Below are positions 9,757 through 19,346 of a stretch of 64,000 nt of DNA, piece by piece. The stretch is taken from the NCBI GenBank assembly GCA_011191975.1, contig DUFA01000115.1, positions 3,765 through 67,764 on the forward strand. The letters run 5' to 3'. The position numbers and the translations under genes were made by a program. The stretch comes from Dehalococcoidia bacterium. GTDB lineage: Bacteria; Chloroflexota; Dehalococcoidia; Dehalococcoidales; UBA2162. The notes beneath the pieces are model-generated. The model was not told where the DNA came from, made no database searches, and saw only the letters and a program-made list of their open reading frames with translations. The stretch's first letter is position 1; the number at the start of each line of letters is the position of its first letter.

Positions 9757-10671
9757 TTAATTCTCGTTCATAAGGTTCAGGTATATTTCCTCCAGGGAGT
9801 GCTGCTGTTCCGAGACTGACATTATCTTCCCACCGGCTTCAACGATATGTCTGACTAGCTCAGGGCGAGTATTTTCAGGATCATTTAATTCCACAATTAT
9901 TTCGTTTCCGGTTGTTTCCGTATTGCTTACAAAGGGAAGTCCCTTGACCAGCTCAACGACAGACTCGGATAAGCCGTCCAGCTGGACGACTACCCGGCGT
10001 CTGAAGAGACGCTGTCGCAGGTTTGCTGGTGTATCCAGCGCCAGCAGATGAGTCTGGACAACGGCTATCCTGCTGCATAACTGTTCTGCTTCTGTCAGGT
10101 TATGGGTTGAAAGGAATATGGTACGTCCTTCACGACTTAGATTTTTGACCAGTTCACGTACTTCCCTGGCAGCTTCGGGATCGAGAGCAGCCGTAGGCTC
10201 ATCAAGAAAAATCACTTCGGGTTCATGAATCAGCGCCCTGGCAAGCGCCAATCTCTGCTTCATTCCCTTGGAATACGTACCAACCTTCGCGTCCCGCCTT
10301 TCCCAGAGTCCGGTAATCTTCAGATACTTTTCCATCTGTCTGTCGATATCAAGTCCGTTATAGAACCTGGCATAAAATTCCAGATTCCACATGGCGGTAA
10401 GAGCATCATAAAATCCGGGAGTTTCAGTCAGCAATCCGACGGATTCATGTATCTTGTCTACTTCCTTATCAGTACGATGCCCCGCGACTACAGCGTACCC
10501 GGTAGTAGGAGAGATGATTCCCGCAAGCATACGAATAGTCGTAGTTTTCCCGGCTCCATTTGGGCCAAGAAAGGCAAGGACTTCACCTTTCTCCATATCC
10601 AGAGACAGATCCTCAACAGCCGTGAGTGTACCGAAATTCCTGGTTAATCCGTGGGCTTCGACTACTGTCAA
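9757..10671 (-). CDS. ABC transporter ATP-binding protein
   Basis: Walker A GPNGAGKTT, signature YSKGMKQR, Walker B IFLDEPT. Confidence 0.9.
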   Translation of the reverse strand: MTVVEAHGLTRNFGTLTAVEDLSLDMEKGEVLAFLGPNGAGKTTTIRMLAGIISPTTGYAVVAGHRTDKEVDKIHESVGLLTETPGFYDALTAMWNLEFYARFYNGLDIDRQMEKYLKITGLWERRDAKVGTYSKGMKQRLALARALIHEPEVIFLDEPTAALDPEAAREVRELVKNLSREGRTIFLSTHNLTEAEQLCSRIAVVQTHLLALDTPANLRQRLFRRRVVVQLDGLSESVVELVKGLPFVSNTETTGNEIIVELNDPENTRPELVRHIVEAGGKIMSVSEQQHSLEEIYLNLMNEN

Positions 10672-10711
10672 TTAAATTCTCCTGAGTCTTTACAAACTAA
10701 AACAGTTATAG

Positions 10712-11509
10712 TCAAATGCTATCCCAGTCTATATCATTGAAGTCAAACACCGGACCATCTTCACATACCCGTTTTTTCCCGTTTGCAGTTTGAATCGTAC
10801 AACCGTAGCAAATTCCCCGTCCGCAAGCCATTCTTACTTCAAGTGAGACCTGGGCTGATTTGCTCTTTATGACATCCTGATGATGTAAATATTTGTACAT
10901 TGCTAAAGGACCGCATATAAATACCTGGTCGGCTTTATCGAAATATTCAGGTATCAATTCTGTTATCATGCCATGATGTCCTATCGATCCATCTTCGGTC
11001 GCGTTTACTACCTTCACCTTGCGAAGTACACTTTCTACTGGATGCCTGTCTTTATTCGGTGTCCCGTACATTAACGTAACTGATTTACCTTTGCTAATTT
11101 CTTCTTCCGCCAGGAATAATAGGGGAGCGATACCCATACCTCCACCAACCAGTAGAATATTATGCGAAGATTCTTCAATTGTAAATCCGTTTCCAAGCGG
11201 TCCGAGTATCTTTACAGTATCTCCAGGTTCACGCTCTGCCAGCCATTTTGTTCCGGTTCCGTTTTCAAGTACGGAGAAAAATAGGATTAACTCATTGCCG
11301 TTTATTACTCTGTTTATACTGAAAGGCCTAGGAAGTGTTTTTTCACCACAGTTCACCATCACGAACTGGCCTGGTTTTGCTTCTCTAGCAATGTCAGGAC
11401 AATCTAGGCTTATTGTGAGACTAAATTCTAAACTTCGTCCGTTTGATCTTTCTAGCCCCGGTAGCCAAATTTCATTAATACATACAACACGTGCTTCAGT
11501 TTGTACCAA
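10712..11509 (-). CDS. pyrK: Dihydroorotate dehydrogenase electron-transfer subunit
   Basis: Ferredoxin-reductase-like fold plus the C-terminal 2Fe-2S motif CGRGICYGC...C. It is the last gene of the pyr operon. Confidence 0.85.
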   Translation of the reverse strand: MVQTEARVVCINEIWLPGLERSNGRSLEFSLTISLDCPDIAREAKPGQFVMVNCGEKTLPRPFSINRVINGNELILFFSVLENGTGTKWLAEREPGDTVKILGPLGNGFTIEESSHNILLVGGGMGIAPLLFLAEEEISKGKSVTLMYGTPNKDRHPVESVLRKVKVVNATEDGSIGHHGMITELIPEYFDKADQVFICGPLAMYKYLHHQDVIKSKSAQVSLEVRMACGRGICYGCTIQTANGKKRVCEDGPVFDFNDIDWDSI

Positions 11510-11518
11510 CTCTAGTCC

Positions 11519-12832
11519 TCACCGAACGCTTAATAATTCATCAACAAATACTAATTTCCCTCTCGATACAGTTGCCATTACTTTTCCCTTCAGTGTAACT
11601 CCGGAAAGTGGTGTATTTTTCCCTTTGGAGACAAATTCCTCCGGGTCAACCACCCACTCTCTATTAGGATCAATCATCACTAAATCAGCAGCCTTGCCGT
11701 CTTCAAGCCTGCCTGTAATTCCATCTCTCTTACCAAGAAGTAAAGCAGGCTGTCGTGTCAATTTGTCGATAAGAGTGTTTAATGTGATTTTATTACTATG
11801 CACCAGCGTCATAAGACTTGCAAGGGTGGTTTCAAAAACGCTGATACCGAACGCAGCCTCTGCTATGTCACACTCCTTGTCGACTCTAGTATGAGGAGCG
11901 TGATCGGTAACGATTACATCTATCGTCCCATCATTCAGCCCTTCTACCAGTGCATTAATATCAGCCTGTGTTCTCAAAGGCGGATTGACTTTGGCAGCCG
12001 TACCGCGGGTAACGACTTCATTCTCGGTAAGCGTAAGGTGGTGAGGAGTCACTTCAGCGGTAACGTGGATACCTTCGGATTTTGCCCAGCGTAATAGTTC
12101 TACTGTTCTGGTAGTACTGGCATGAGCGATGTGCACCCATCCATCAGTATCACCAGCAAGCCGGATATCACGGGCAACCATCTGCTCTTCAGCTGCACTT
12201 GGGATTCCCTTGAGTCCCATTTTTTTCGCTACTCTTCCCTGGTTGATAACGCCGTCACTGGCAAGTTCAGGGACTTCACAGTGTTCTATTAGTGGTAATC
12301 CCAGTTCACGACATTCCTCCAGCGCTTTTCGCATCAGATTTTCATCAACAACCGACGAGCCGTCGTCACTGAATCCTGCTACACCGAGTGAAGCCAGCGT
12401 CTTGAAATCTGATAGTTCCTGTCCCTGTCTTCCCTTCGTAATACTGGCAATCGGCAGGACACGGACAGGGCTTTCTATTAAAGCAATATCCTGCACCAGC
12501 TTGATAATTACAGGATTGTCCAGGGCAGGTTTGGTATTGGGCATACAGCACACGGTGGTAAAACCACCTTTTGCTGCGCTACGGGTACCGGTAGCTATCG
12601 TCTCTTTTTCCTCATAACCGGGTTGCCTGAGATGGCAGTGAAGATCAATAAATCCGGGACAGACTATCATACCGCTGGCATCGATTATTAGATAGTCAGA
12701 TTCCGGTATGACTGAATTCATATCTATAAATCTGAGAATACCTTCCTCATCAATCAGCAGATCCCTGGTCTTGTCCAGTCCGCTGCCGGGATCGATTATC
12801 CTACCGCCCCTGATAAGTAAAGGTTGATTCAT
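11519..12832 (-). CDS. pyrC: Dihydroorotase
   Basis: 437 aa with the DLHCHLRQPG metal-ligand motif. The start overlaps the pyrB stop (TAATG). Confidence 0.9.
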   Translation of the reverse strand: MNQPLLIRGGRIIDPGSGLDKTRDLLIDEEGILRFIDMNSVIPESDYLIIDASGMIVCPGFIDLHCHLRQPGYEEKETIATGTRSAAKGGFTTVCCMPNTKPALDNPVIIKLVQDIALIESPVRVLPIASITKGRQGQELSDFKTLASLGVAGFSDDGSSVVDENLMRKALEECRELGLPLIEHCEVPELASDGVINQGRVAKKMGLKGIPSAAEEQMVARDIRLAGDTDGWVHIAHASTTRTVELLRWAKSEGIHVTAEVTPHHLTLTENEVVTRGTAAKVNPPLRTQADINALVEGLNDGTIDVIVTDHAPHTRVDKECDIAEAAFGISVFETTLASLMTLVHSNKITLNTLIDKLTRQPALLLGKRDGITGRLEDGKAADLVMIDPNREWVVDPEEFVSKGKNTPLSGVTLKGKVMATVSRGKLVFVDELLSVR

Positions 12833-14241
12833 TATTTGTCGTCCGGAGATTCTGAAACGAAATGACTTGGCATAAATCCCATTGCCTGCGCCTGTCTCTC
12901 CGTATCGAAAAGCACCAGGTTCTCGATTTTTATAGTTCGTGCAAAGTGGCTATCGACTCTGTGGTACTTTTTGTGCTCCAGTGTACCTTCATGCCAGTCA
13001 GTGCTGGCCACAAAACCGGGTCGAAATCCATGTTCACAGTACACACACCTTAGTGTCAGCGGATCACGGCTAGTTATCAGGAACTCGGGCACCAGGTATT
13101 TTGTTTCAGTTTCCTGAACTGAAACACACCGTCCATTAGGGCATGTTACGGCGTAGCCTCTGTTATACACGGGATATTCCACCTGAGGTTCAGGAAAATC
13201 TTTTTCAAAGGTACTCGGCTTTTTACACCCCAGTAGAAGCGAGAGGAGGGCCATTCTTATCGGCACTCCGTGGGCAGCCTGTTTGAAATACATTCCGCGT
13301 GGATCCGAGTCAACGTCGTAATCAAGCTCATCGACACGTGGAAGCGGGTGCATTACCATTGTTTTTCGGAATTCTTTGCCGCTTAGAAATTTCCTGTTTA
13401 CCACGGGAAATTTTCTGCTTTTTCCCTTACTCTCACCGTCAGAAAACCTTTCCTTCTGGGTGCGTGTTACGTATAACGCGTCTACACCTTTCCGTAATTC
13501 CACTTCAAGGTTCACATCAGGCATCATCGCTAGCTGGTGTGGGCTTTCCGGAGTTTTATAAACAGCATCGATCGGGAACGATTCATCCAGCTTTTTCGTT
13601 ACGTCGTGTGTCTCGATTTCACCCCCATATTCGGTGATCAACTTCCTGATTACATTCGGCGGAACTTCCAGACCAGGACTTGGACAGAAGAGCATATTTG
13701 CACCGAACTTGGCAAGTGCCAATATCAGAGAATGAGTCGTTCTTCCGTATTTAAGGTCTCCCCATAAGGCGATCGTTAGTCCCTTGAGAGAACCTCTTTC
13801 TTTCCTGATAGTGTACAGATCAAGTAATGTCTGGGTTGGATGCTGGTGACCACCGTCGCCGGCGTTAATTACTGGAACACCTGCATAATCGGCAACTACT
13901 TTTGCGGCTCCTTCCCAGGGATGTCGTAACACCAGAATATCCGCGTAGCTTCCTACGATCCTGGCCATATCGGCAATACTCTCCCCTTTAGCCAAAGAGG
14001 TCGATTCAACGTCGGATACACCGATCACGTTTCCGCCCAGTCTGTGCATGGCAGCTTCAAATGACAGTCTTGTTCTGGTACTCGGTTCGAAAAACAGGCT
14101 TGCCATTATCATCCCCTGGCAGACATCTGTCTGTTTCTCAATTCCTCCTTCCATCTCTCGGGCTAGCGAAAAGACAGATTCAATTTCTGACGCGGACAGG
14201 TCATCGATTGTAACCAGGCTTCTATTTGCTAAGGACATCAC
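12832..14241 (-). CDS. pyrB: Aspartate carbamoyltransferase catalytic chain fused to a PyrI-type zinc domain and an unknown tail
   Basis: STRTR, HPTQ and HPLPR motifs lie in residues 1-335. Residues 367-402 read CPNGRCVS...RCVYCEH. A further 65 aa or so follow. Confidence 0.85.
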   Translation of the reverse strand: MMSLANRSLVTIDDLSASEIESVFSLAREMEGGIEKQTDVCQGMIMASLFFEPSTRTRLSFEAAMHRLGGNVIGVSDVESTSLAKGESIADMARIVGSYADILVLRHPWEGAAKVVADYAGVPVINAGDGGHQHPTQTLLDLYTIRKERGSLKGLTIALWGDLKYGRTTHSLILALAKFGANMLFCPSPGLEVPPNVIRKLITEYGGEIETHDVTKKLDESFPIDAVYKTPESPHQLAMMPDVNLEVELRKGVDALYVTRTQKERFSDGESKGKSRKFPVVNRKFLSGKEFRKTMVMHPLPRVDELDYDVDSDPRGMYFKQAAHGVPIRMALLSLLLGCKKPSTFEKDFPEPQVEYPVYNRGYAVTCPNGRCVSVQETETKYLVPEFLITSRDPLTLRCVYCEHGFRPGFVASTDWHEGTLEHKKYHRVDSHFARTIKIENLVLFDTERQAQAMGFMPSHFVSESPDDK

Positions 14242-14828
14242 CTCTCCTTTCGAATCAGTCCACTCACCTCACTACTATCCACTTCCGCCCCACGGCTGTT
14301 CTTTGATATTACCACCTCATCCATACCATCTATTTCCAGCAGCCGTACCTGAATTTTTTCGTGACGGGCACTGGGAATATTCTTTCCGACATAATCAGCT
14401 CTTATCGGAAACTCACGGTGACCTCGATCGACCATTACTGCCAGTTGAATCGATCTGGGTCGTCCTTTATCGATCAGGGCATCCATTGCCGCCCGGATAC
14501 TTCTTCCCGTATAGAGAACATCATCTACAAGAATGATCACCTTTCCGTTAATTTCTACAGGTATGTCAGTATTATTAACAGCAGGAGCTCCCTTATTATC
14601 TGAAATATCATCCCGGTATTGACTGATATCCAGCAGTCCGACAGGTATGTTGAATCCTGTAAAACTGTCGATAATTGATGAGAGACGTTTTGCCAGTGGT
14701 ACACCACGAGTATGAAGTCCCACAAGAACAACGTTTTCAATGATTTTATTGTGTTCCATTATTTCATGGGCGATGCGGGTGAGACTTCTGCCGATGTCCT
14801 GGGATGTCATTACCACTGTGCTGATCAT
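14238..14828 (-). CDS. pyrR: Bifunctional pyr operon regulator / uracil phosphoribosyltransferase PyrR
   Basis: Starts [23 protein letters not shown]... and has the PRPP motif [13 protein letters not shown]. The ORF-track start at 14855 lies inside the attenuator hairpin, so I use the ATG at 14828. Confidence 0.85.
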   Translation of the reverse strand: MISTVVMTSQDIGRSLTRIAHEIMEHNKIIENVVLVGLHTRGVPLAKRLSSIIDSFTGFNIPVGLLDISQYRDDISDNKGAPAVNNTDIPVEINGKVIILVDDVLYTGRSIRAAMDALIDKGRPRSIQLAVMVDRGHREFPIRADYVGKNIPSARHEKIQVRLLEIDGMDEVVISKNSRGAEVDSSEVSGLIRKER

Positions 14829-14831
14829 AAA

Positions 14832-14917
14832 ACAACCTCTTGCTATGGCTAGCAAGAGGTTGTATGAACCCGAATCCCTGTAATACCCTTACTAGCCTCT
14901 CCGGACTAACTTAAAGG
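14832..14917 (-). promoter_or_regulatory. PyrR-binding loop plus terminator (pyr attenuator)
   Basis: The minus strand at 14917..14886 contains AGUCCGGAGAGGCU, against the remembered consensus ARUCCAGAGAGGYU. A 14-bp perfect hairpin ACAACCTCTTGCTA/TAGCAAGAGGTTGT (14863..14832) follows, then TTTTAT. Confidence 0.7.
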
Positions 14918-14993
14918 TTGGGAATGTCCGCTCTTAGATAAAAATTATATCATCTATATAGTTACAAGACAATACTTACTACATGCACAGACA

Positions 14994-15758
14994 CTAATAC
15001 GTGAATAGATCAATCCCTCCCATGACATGAATGTCCTGGCCAGTAACATATCCTGCTTTCTCGGATGCAAGGAAAGCGACCATATTTGCTACATCCTCAG
15101 GATCGCCGAACTTACGCATAGCGATCCGCATTTTCAGTCTTTCACTGGCTTCATTTGTTTCAGCACTCTGACCGGTTGCTACCACACCCAGGGTTACCGC
15201 GTTGGCGGTAATGCCTTTCCGAGCACCTTCCAGAGCGGCAGTCTTTGCGATAGCGATAACACCCGCTTTTGAAGCCGAGTAATTCACCTGTCCGAATCCA
15301 CCCATGACACCTGCAACCGATGAAATGTTTATAATACGTCCGTAATTCTTTTCTGCCATGGTATTCCAGACTTCCCGTATCCAGTAATAACACCCATCGA
15401 GATTTACTTTGATCATCGCCTGCCAGTCTTTTAGTTCCATCTTCTCGATACGTCCGAAAGGTCCCATTAATGCTGCATTGTTCACCAGTATATCAACAGG
15501 TCCGAGTTCCGCATTTATCTTTACAACCGCATCTTTCACCTGTTGCGGATCACTCTGATCGACTTTAATGGCTATAGTTTTAACTCCGGTATTTTCGGCT
15601 ATACCTTTAGCTATCTCTTCAGCTCCTTCTTTGACTATATCTACACAGGCTACGTTTACTCCCTCCCTCGCTAGACCCACGCCGATTGTTTCACCCAAGG
15701 CACCTTTACGTCCGGTACCTGTCACGATTGCTACCTTGCCTTTTAAGCCTAAGTCCAT
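14994..15758 (-). CDS. SDR family oxidoreductase (FabG-like)
   Basis: 254 aa with a Gly-rich N-terminus and the catalytic YSASK motif. Confidence 0.85.
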   Translation of the reverse strand: MDLGLKGKVAIVTGTGRKGALGETIGVGLAREGVNVACVDIVKEGAEEIAKGIAENTGVKTIAIKVDQSDPQQVKDAVVKINAELGPVDILVNNAALMGPFGRIEKMELKDWQAMIKVNLDGCYYWIREVWNTMAEKNYGRIINISSVAGVMGGFGQVNYSASKAGVIAIAKTAALEGARKGITANAVTLGVVATGQSAETNEASERLKMRIAMRKFGDPEDVANMVAFLASEKAGYVTGQDIHVMGGIDLFTY

Positions 15759-15988
15759 TATTCACCTGCCTTCATTGTTTTTTCCTTATAACTCTTTCCA
15801 TATACTGTTTGGTTGCTACTCCAAGCCAATTCTACAATGCAGATTTTACCATAGTCAACAAATTAACATTGCGTTTACCTCACGCAATACCGATATAACG
15901 TACTTGACAGTCAATTAAGCAACAGCTTAGAATTCAGACAACCTAAGTGCGGTGGGAACCAGGAAAATATATCTGAGGAGTGAATGAG

Positions 15989-16900
15989 ATGGGAAACCGA
16001 TTAAAAGGTAAAGTGGCCATTGTCACCGGTTCCGGGCAGGGTATTGGCCTTGCTATAGCTATAGCCCTCGCCAGGGAAGGAGCCGCGGTAATAACAAATA
16101 ACAGGCGTGAAGGTACGGAAGGCGGTGATGCTAAAACCGCAGCTGAGCAGATTAAATCCATGGGTGGTGAAGCGAGTCACTTTTTCGGCAGTATATCGGA
16201 ATTCTCCGTGGCTGAAGAAATGATTACTACTACAAAAGAAAAATACGGCAGCGTAGATATACTGGTGAACAACGCCGGTGCAGATATGCCTCACATGATA
16301 TGGAACATGACGGAAGAAGAATGGGATACCTGTCTCGATTCTTTCCTCAAAGGCACGTTCAATACCAGCCGTTTTGCCTGCGGCATTATGAGAGAACAGA
16401 AATGGGGACGTATTGTTAACACCACTTCTACAGCCTGGCTGGGTACAGTTGGCCACTGTAACTACGGAGCTGCTAAAGCGGGAATTGTCGGGTTAACCCG
16501 CGCGATCGCTCGTGAAATGGGAAAGTACAATGTTACCTGCAACGCCTATGCGCCAACAGCGTCTACACGGTTCAGCGCTAGTGAAGATATACAGGCTGGC
16601 TTCAAGAAACGCTACGAAGCTGGATTGATGACGAAGGAAAGATATGAGGAATTAACCAACCTTCCCGATCCGATGACACTGACTCCTTTCCTGATCTATC
16701 TCTGTACTGAAGAGGCAGCGAATATTAATGGCCAGGTATTCGATGTGACCGGCGGTAATATTACCATGTACTCCGAACCTGTAAGAATGAAATCCATCGA
16801 CAAGAAAGACGGACTCTGGACGATCGAAGAACTGATCAAGTTAGTCCCCACAATACTGCCTGAAGGATATCAGAATCCGGCACCTCCTGCCAAAGACTGA
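15989..16900 (+). CDS. SDR family oxidoreductase (long form)
   Basis: VTGSGQGIG and YGAAK motifs. The ATG at 15989 lies 9 nt after GAGGAG; the ORF-track GTG at 15980 overlaps that Shine-Dalgarno. Confidence 0.8.
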   Translation: MGNRLKGKVAIVTGSGQGIGLAIAIALAREGAAVITNNRREGTEGGDAKTAAEQIKSMGGEASHFFGSISEFSVAEEMITTTKEKYGSVDILVNNAGADMPHMIWNMTEEEWDTCLDSFLKGTFNTSRFACGIMREQKWGRIVNTTSTAWLGTVGHCNYGAAKAGIVGLTRAIAREMGKYNVTCNAYAPTASTRFSASEDIQAGFKKRYEAGLMTKERYEELTNLPDPMTLTPFLIYLCTEEAANINGQVFDVTGGNITMYSEPVRMKSIDKKDGLWTIEELIKLVPTILPEGYQNPAPPAKD

Positions 16901-16922
16901 TGACATTCTAGAAAAAATTAAC

Positions 16923-16960
16923 AAAGCCGACTCTTATTACAAAGTCGGCTTTTTCTTTTT
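16923..16960. terminator. Bidirectional intrinsic terminator between convergent genes
   Basis: AAAGCCGACT / AGTCGGCTTT 10-bp stem with T-runs on both strands. Confidence 0.6.
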
Positions 16961-16979
16961 GGGAAGTATCGTTTAAAAA

Positions 16980-17807
16980 TTATTCACCTTTGAAGGTAGG
17001 CTCTCTTTTTTCCACGAAAGCGGTGGCGCTTTCATGGAAGTCCTGTGTACCGAGTAGCCCCTGCCTGATTCTCATGGTCAATTCCAGGCTTTTATCAAGG
17101 TCTAGGTTAAGGCTTTCATATACTGCCCGTTTGGCGGCCTGCACTGCCAGTGTAGGTGCTTTGGCTATCTGCTCGGCCAGGTCGAGAGCCGCGTTTTCAA
17201 GCTCGTCGTGAGGAACGACCATCGTTACCAGTCCAAGTTGTTCAGCCTCTTCAGCGCTTATCATTTCACTCGACCATATTACCTTCAGAGCTTTGTCTAC
17301 ACCGAGTAATCTGGGTAAAAACCAGGCGCTTCCTGCAGCGGGAACCATCCCCCTGCGTACGTAGCCAACCGTAAATCGTGCTTTATCCGAAGCTATCCTG
17401 ATATCACAGGACAGAGCGAGATCAAGGCCTACACCCACGGCAACACCGTTCATCGCTGCAATTATCGGTTTAGGGCATTCCATGAACTGCTGGGCGAACG
17501 GGGCACGTCTCGTGTTCTCCATCTGTTCCGGTGGGCGTTCGGGGCGCCGCTGAAGATCACCAGCAGCCATAGATTTAACATCAGCTCCGGAACAGAATGC
17601 TTCACCCTTCCCGGTGATGATTATCACCTTTATCTCATCGTCGGAGGTGGCGTCTTCAATAGAGTTGAAAATACCCTGAAATAATCCCGGGCTCAGTGCG
17701 TTCCGTTTGTCAGGACGATTCATAGTTATAACGGCAATACCGTTTTCTTTCTTATACAGCAGTTCCTGGTTATCATCCATATCTGTATTCCTCCGTTGCC
17801 TGGTCAT
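16980..17807 (-). CDS. Enoyl-CoA hydratase/isomerase family protein
   Basis: Crotonase fold with FCSGADV and an oxyanion-hole region. The start ATG overlaps the upstream PHP gene's stop (ATGA). Confidence 0.85.
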   Translation of the reverse strand: MTRQRRNTDMDDNQELLYKKENGIAVITMNRPDKRNALSPGLFQGIFNSIEDATSDDEIKVIIITGKGEAFCSGADVKSMAAGDLQRRPERPPEQMENTRRAPFAQQFMECPKPIIAAMNGVAVGVGLDLALSCDIRIASDKARFTVGYVRRGMVPAAGSAWFLPRLLGVDKALKVIWSSEMISAEEAEQLGLVTMVVPHDELENAALDLAEQIAKAPTLAVQAAKRAVYESLNLDLDKSLELTMRIRQGLLGTQDFHESATAFVEKREPTFKGE

Positions 17808-18538
17808 GGACTTTCATTGATATCATCGGGAAACAATATGTGAGTCGCGTAATTCTCCAGGGCTTTTTTCATTTCGGTTAATTTTACCGTATCCATCTTG
17901 ATATATACAGACCTTCGGCCAATCTCAATCGGATTGTGAGCATCGGAACCCTGAATACAGGCGCGCTTCATCGGATATCCGCGGATCTGGCCGTTTTCCC
18001 ATGCTATTCTATTCTTAGGTATAGTGATCTCTATTGCATCCAGGTATTCATTTTCATGTATTTCCTGTTTCCGTTTCCGGGTATCTTTTGTCTCAAGAAA
18101 CCCACTTGGCCACCTGTCGGCATGGGCTGCGATGGCAATGCCACCATGTTCCTTGATCTTCCGCAGAACCGTTTCAATCTCGGTAGCTATCAAGGTATGA
18201 GCATCTCCCCTTCCTTGTCTATCAAGCCCGAAGTCATCGAGAAAGGTGTCCATCTCATCTATTGACGTATCAACTTCGAAAAGGGCGAGAAAATGTCCGT
18301 GCCTTGTAGTTAGTTCCACTCCCGGGATAATGATGAGTTCTGTGTTCTTTACAGCTTCTCTTACGCTATCTATACCTTTAACAGTATTATGGTCAGTGAC
18401 AGCTATTGCATTCAGTTTTACGGCAAGTGCTGCCTGAACTATATCATCGGCGTTCGCTTCTTCATCGCTGTAGCATACCGATTCAGGGGTATGTATATGA
18501 AGATCTACTTTCTTGTAATTTTCAGGGGCGTCTGTCAC
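17804..18538 (-). CDS. PHP-domain metal-dependent phosphoesterase
   Basis: VDLHIHTPES, AVTDHNT and GSDAHN His/Asp clusters typical of PHP domains. Confidence 0.7.
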   Translation of the reverse strand: MTDAPENYKKVDLHIHTPESVCYSDEEANADDIVQAALAVKLNAIAVTDHNTVKGIDSVREAVKNTELIIIPGVELTTRHGHFLALFEVDTSIDEMDTFLDDFGLDRQGRGDAHTLIATEIETVLRKIKEHGGIAIAAHADRWPSGFLETKDTRKRKQEIHENEYLDAIEITIPKNRIAWENGQIRGYPMKRACIQGSDAHNPIEIGRRSVYIKMDTVKLTEMKKALENYATHILFPDDINESP

Positions 18539-18567
18539 TATAGATGTGAACCTTTCTTCCGGTCAGT

Positions 18568-19164
18568 CTAATACAGCCAGCGTGTTCTTCGTCTGAATAA
18601 TAAACCAGCTGCCAGACCGAGTATTAGGCCACCGAGATGCGCCTGCCAGGCGATATTAGACGCAAACCAAGGAATTGACATAAGAGCAAAACCTCCCAGC
18701 ACGGCTACCCAGAGAGGTATCGGTACAGGGATCGGGATGATAAATACCGTTAGTTTCGGTCTCAATACTGTCAAAGTTCCAGCCACGGCGAAGACTGCTC
18801 CGGATGCTCCGATCGCAACCGAATATGTGTCCCCTAACCAAAGGTAGAACACATTCCCTAATAATCCACCTAGGAAATAAATAATAAGGAAATTTCTGTT
18901 ACCTACCAGTCGTGAGAGGTAGCTGCCAAAGAAATAGAGTGTCAGCATGTTCGTTAGAATATGCCAGATACCTGCATGGATAAATAAGTTGGTAATGATA
19001 GTCCAGGGACGCGAAGTGAAGTACGAAGGAGATAATCCCAGCGTGTATCGAAGTTCCGGCATAACTAAAGTAACAATCAACAGAATCAGGTTGATTGATA
19101 TCAGAAAACCGATCGGTCCTAAACTGAAACCGTCGCTTCCCCTGTAACTCACTCTATATGACAT
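18568..19164 (-). CDS. Rhomboid family intramembrane serine protease
   Basis: HxxxN (WHILTNM), GASGAVFA and AHLGG motifs; six TM segments. Confidence 0.85.
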   Translation of the reverse strand: MSYRVSYRGSDGFSLGPIGFLISINLILLIVTLVMPELRYTLGLSPSYFTSRPWTIITNLFIHAGIWHILTNMLTLYFFGSYLSRLVGNRNFLIIYFLGGLLGNVFYLWLGDTYSVAIGASGAVFAVAGTLTVLRPKLTVFIIPIPVPIPLWVAVLGGFALMSIPWFASNIAWQAHLGGLILGLAAGLLFRRRTRWLY

Positions 19165-19346
19165 GGATCCCTTCCCGGTATTTACTGACTGTTCACTGTC
19201 ATCGATACTTTAATAATAACCTTATATTCGTAAAATGAGCAAGAAGACCAATAATATCGAGACTGATTACGCTGACTTTACCATTTATCGTTATGTTATG
19301 ATGTAGATTCGAAGGCCAGCATTACATACGAAATTATGAACCAGGA

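Noticed and set aside
11019-11894. 291-aa plus-strand ORF, representative of the many 60-180 aa ORFs in the track that overlap confident genes.
   Set aside because: It is antisense to pyrK and pyrC with Ser/Pro/Leu-rich low-complexity translation and no motifs. The same reasoning applies to the other overlapping shadow ORFs, for example 753..1178, 5378..5902, 10225..10647, 12129..12617, 14048..14536, 16001..16456, 23323..23847, 26721..27203, 44987..45796, 51696..52235 and 62290..63092.
14829-14855. ORF-track start of pyrR at 14855, giving MLAIARGCF...
   Set aside because: These codons lie inside the 14-bp terminator stem of the attenuator. The ATG at 14828 gives an N-terminus that aligns with typical PyrR proteins.
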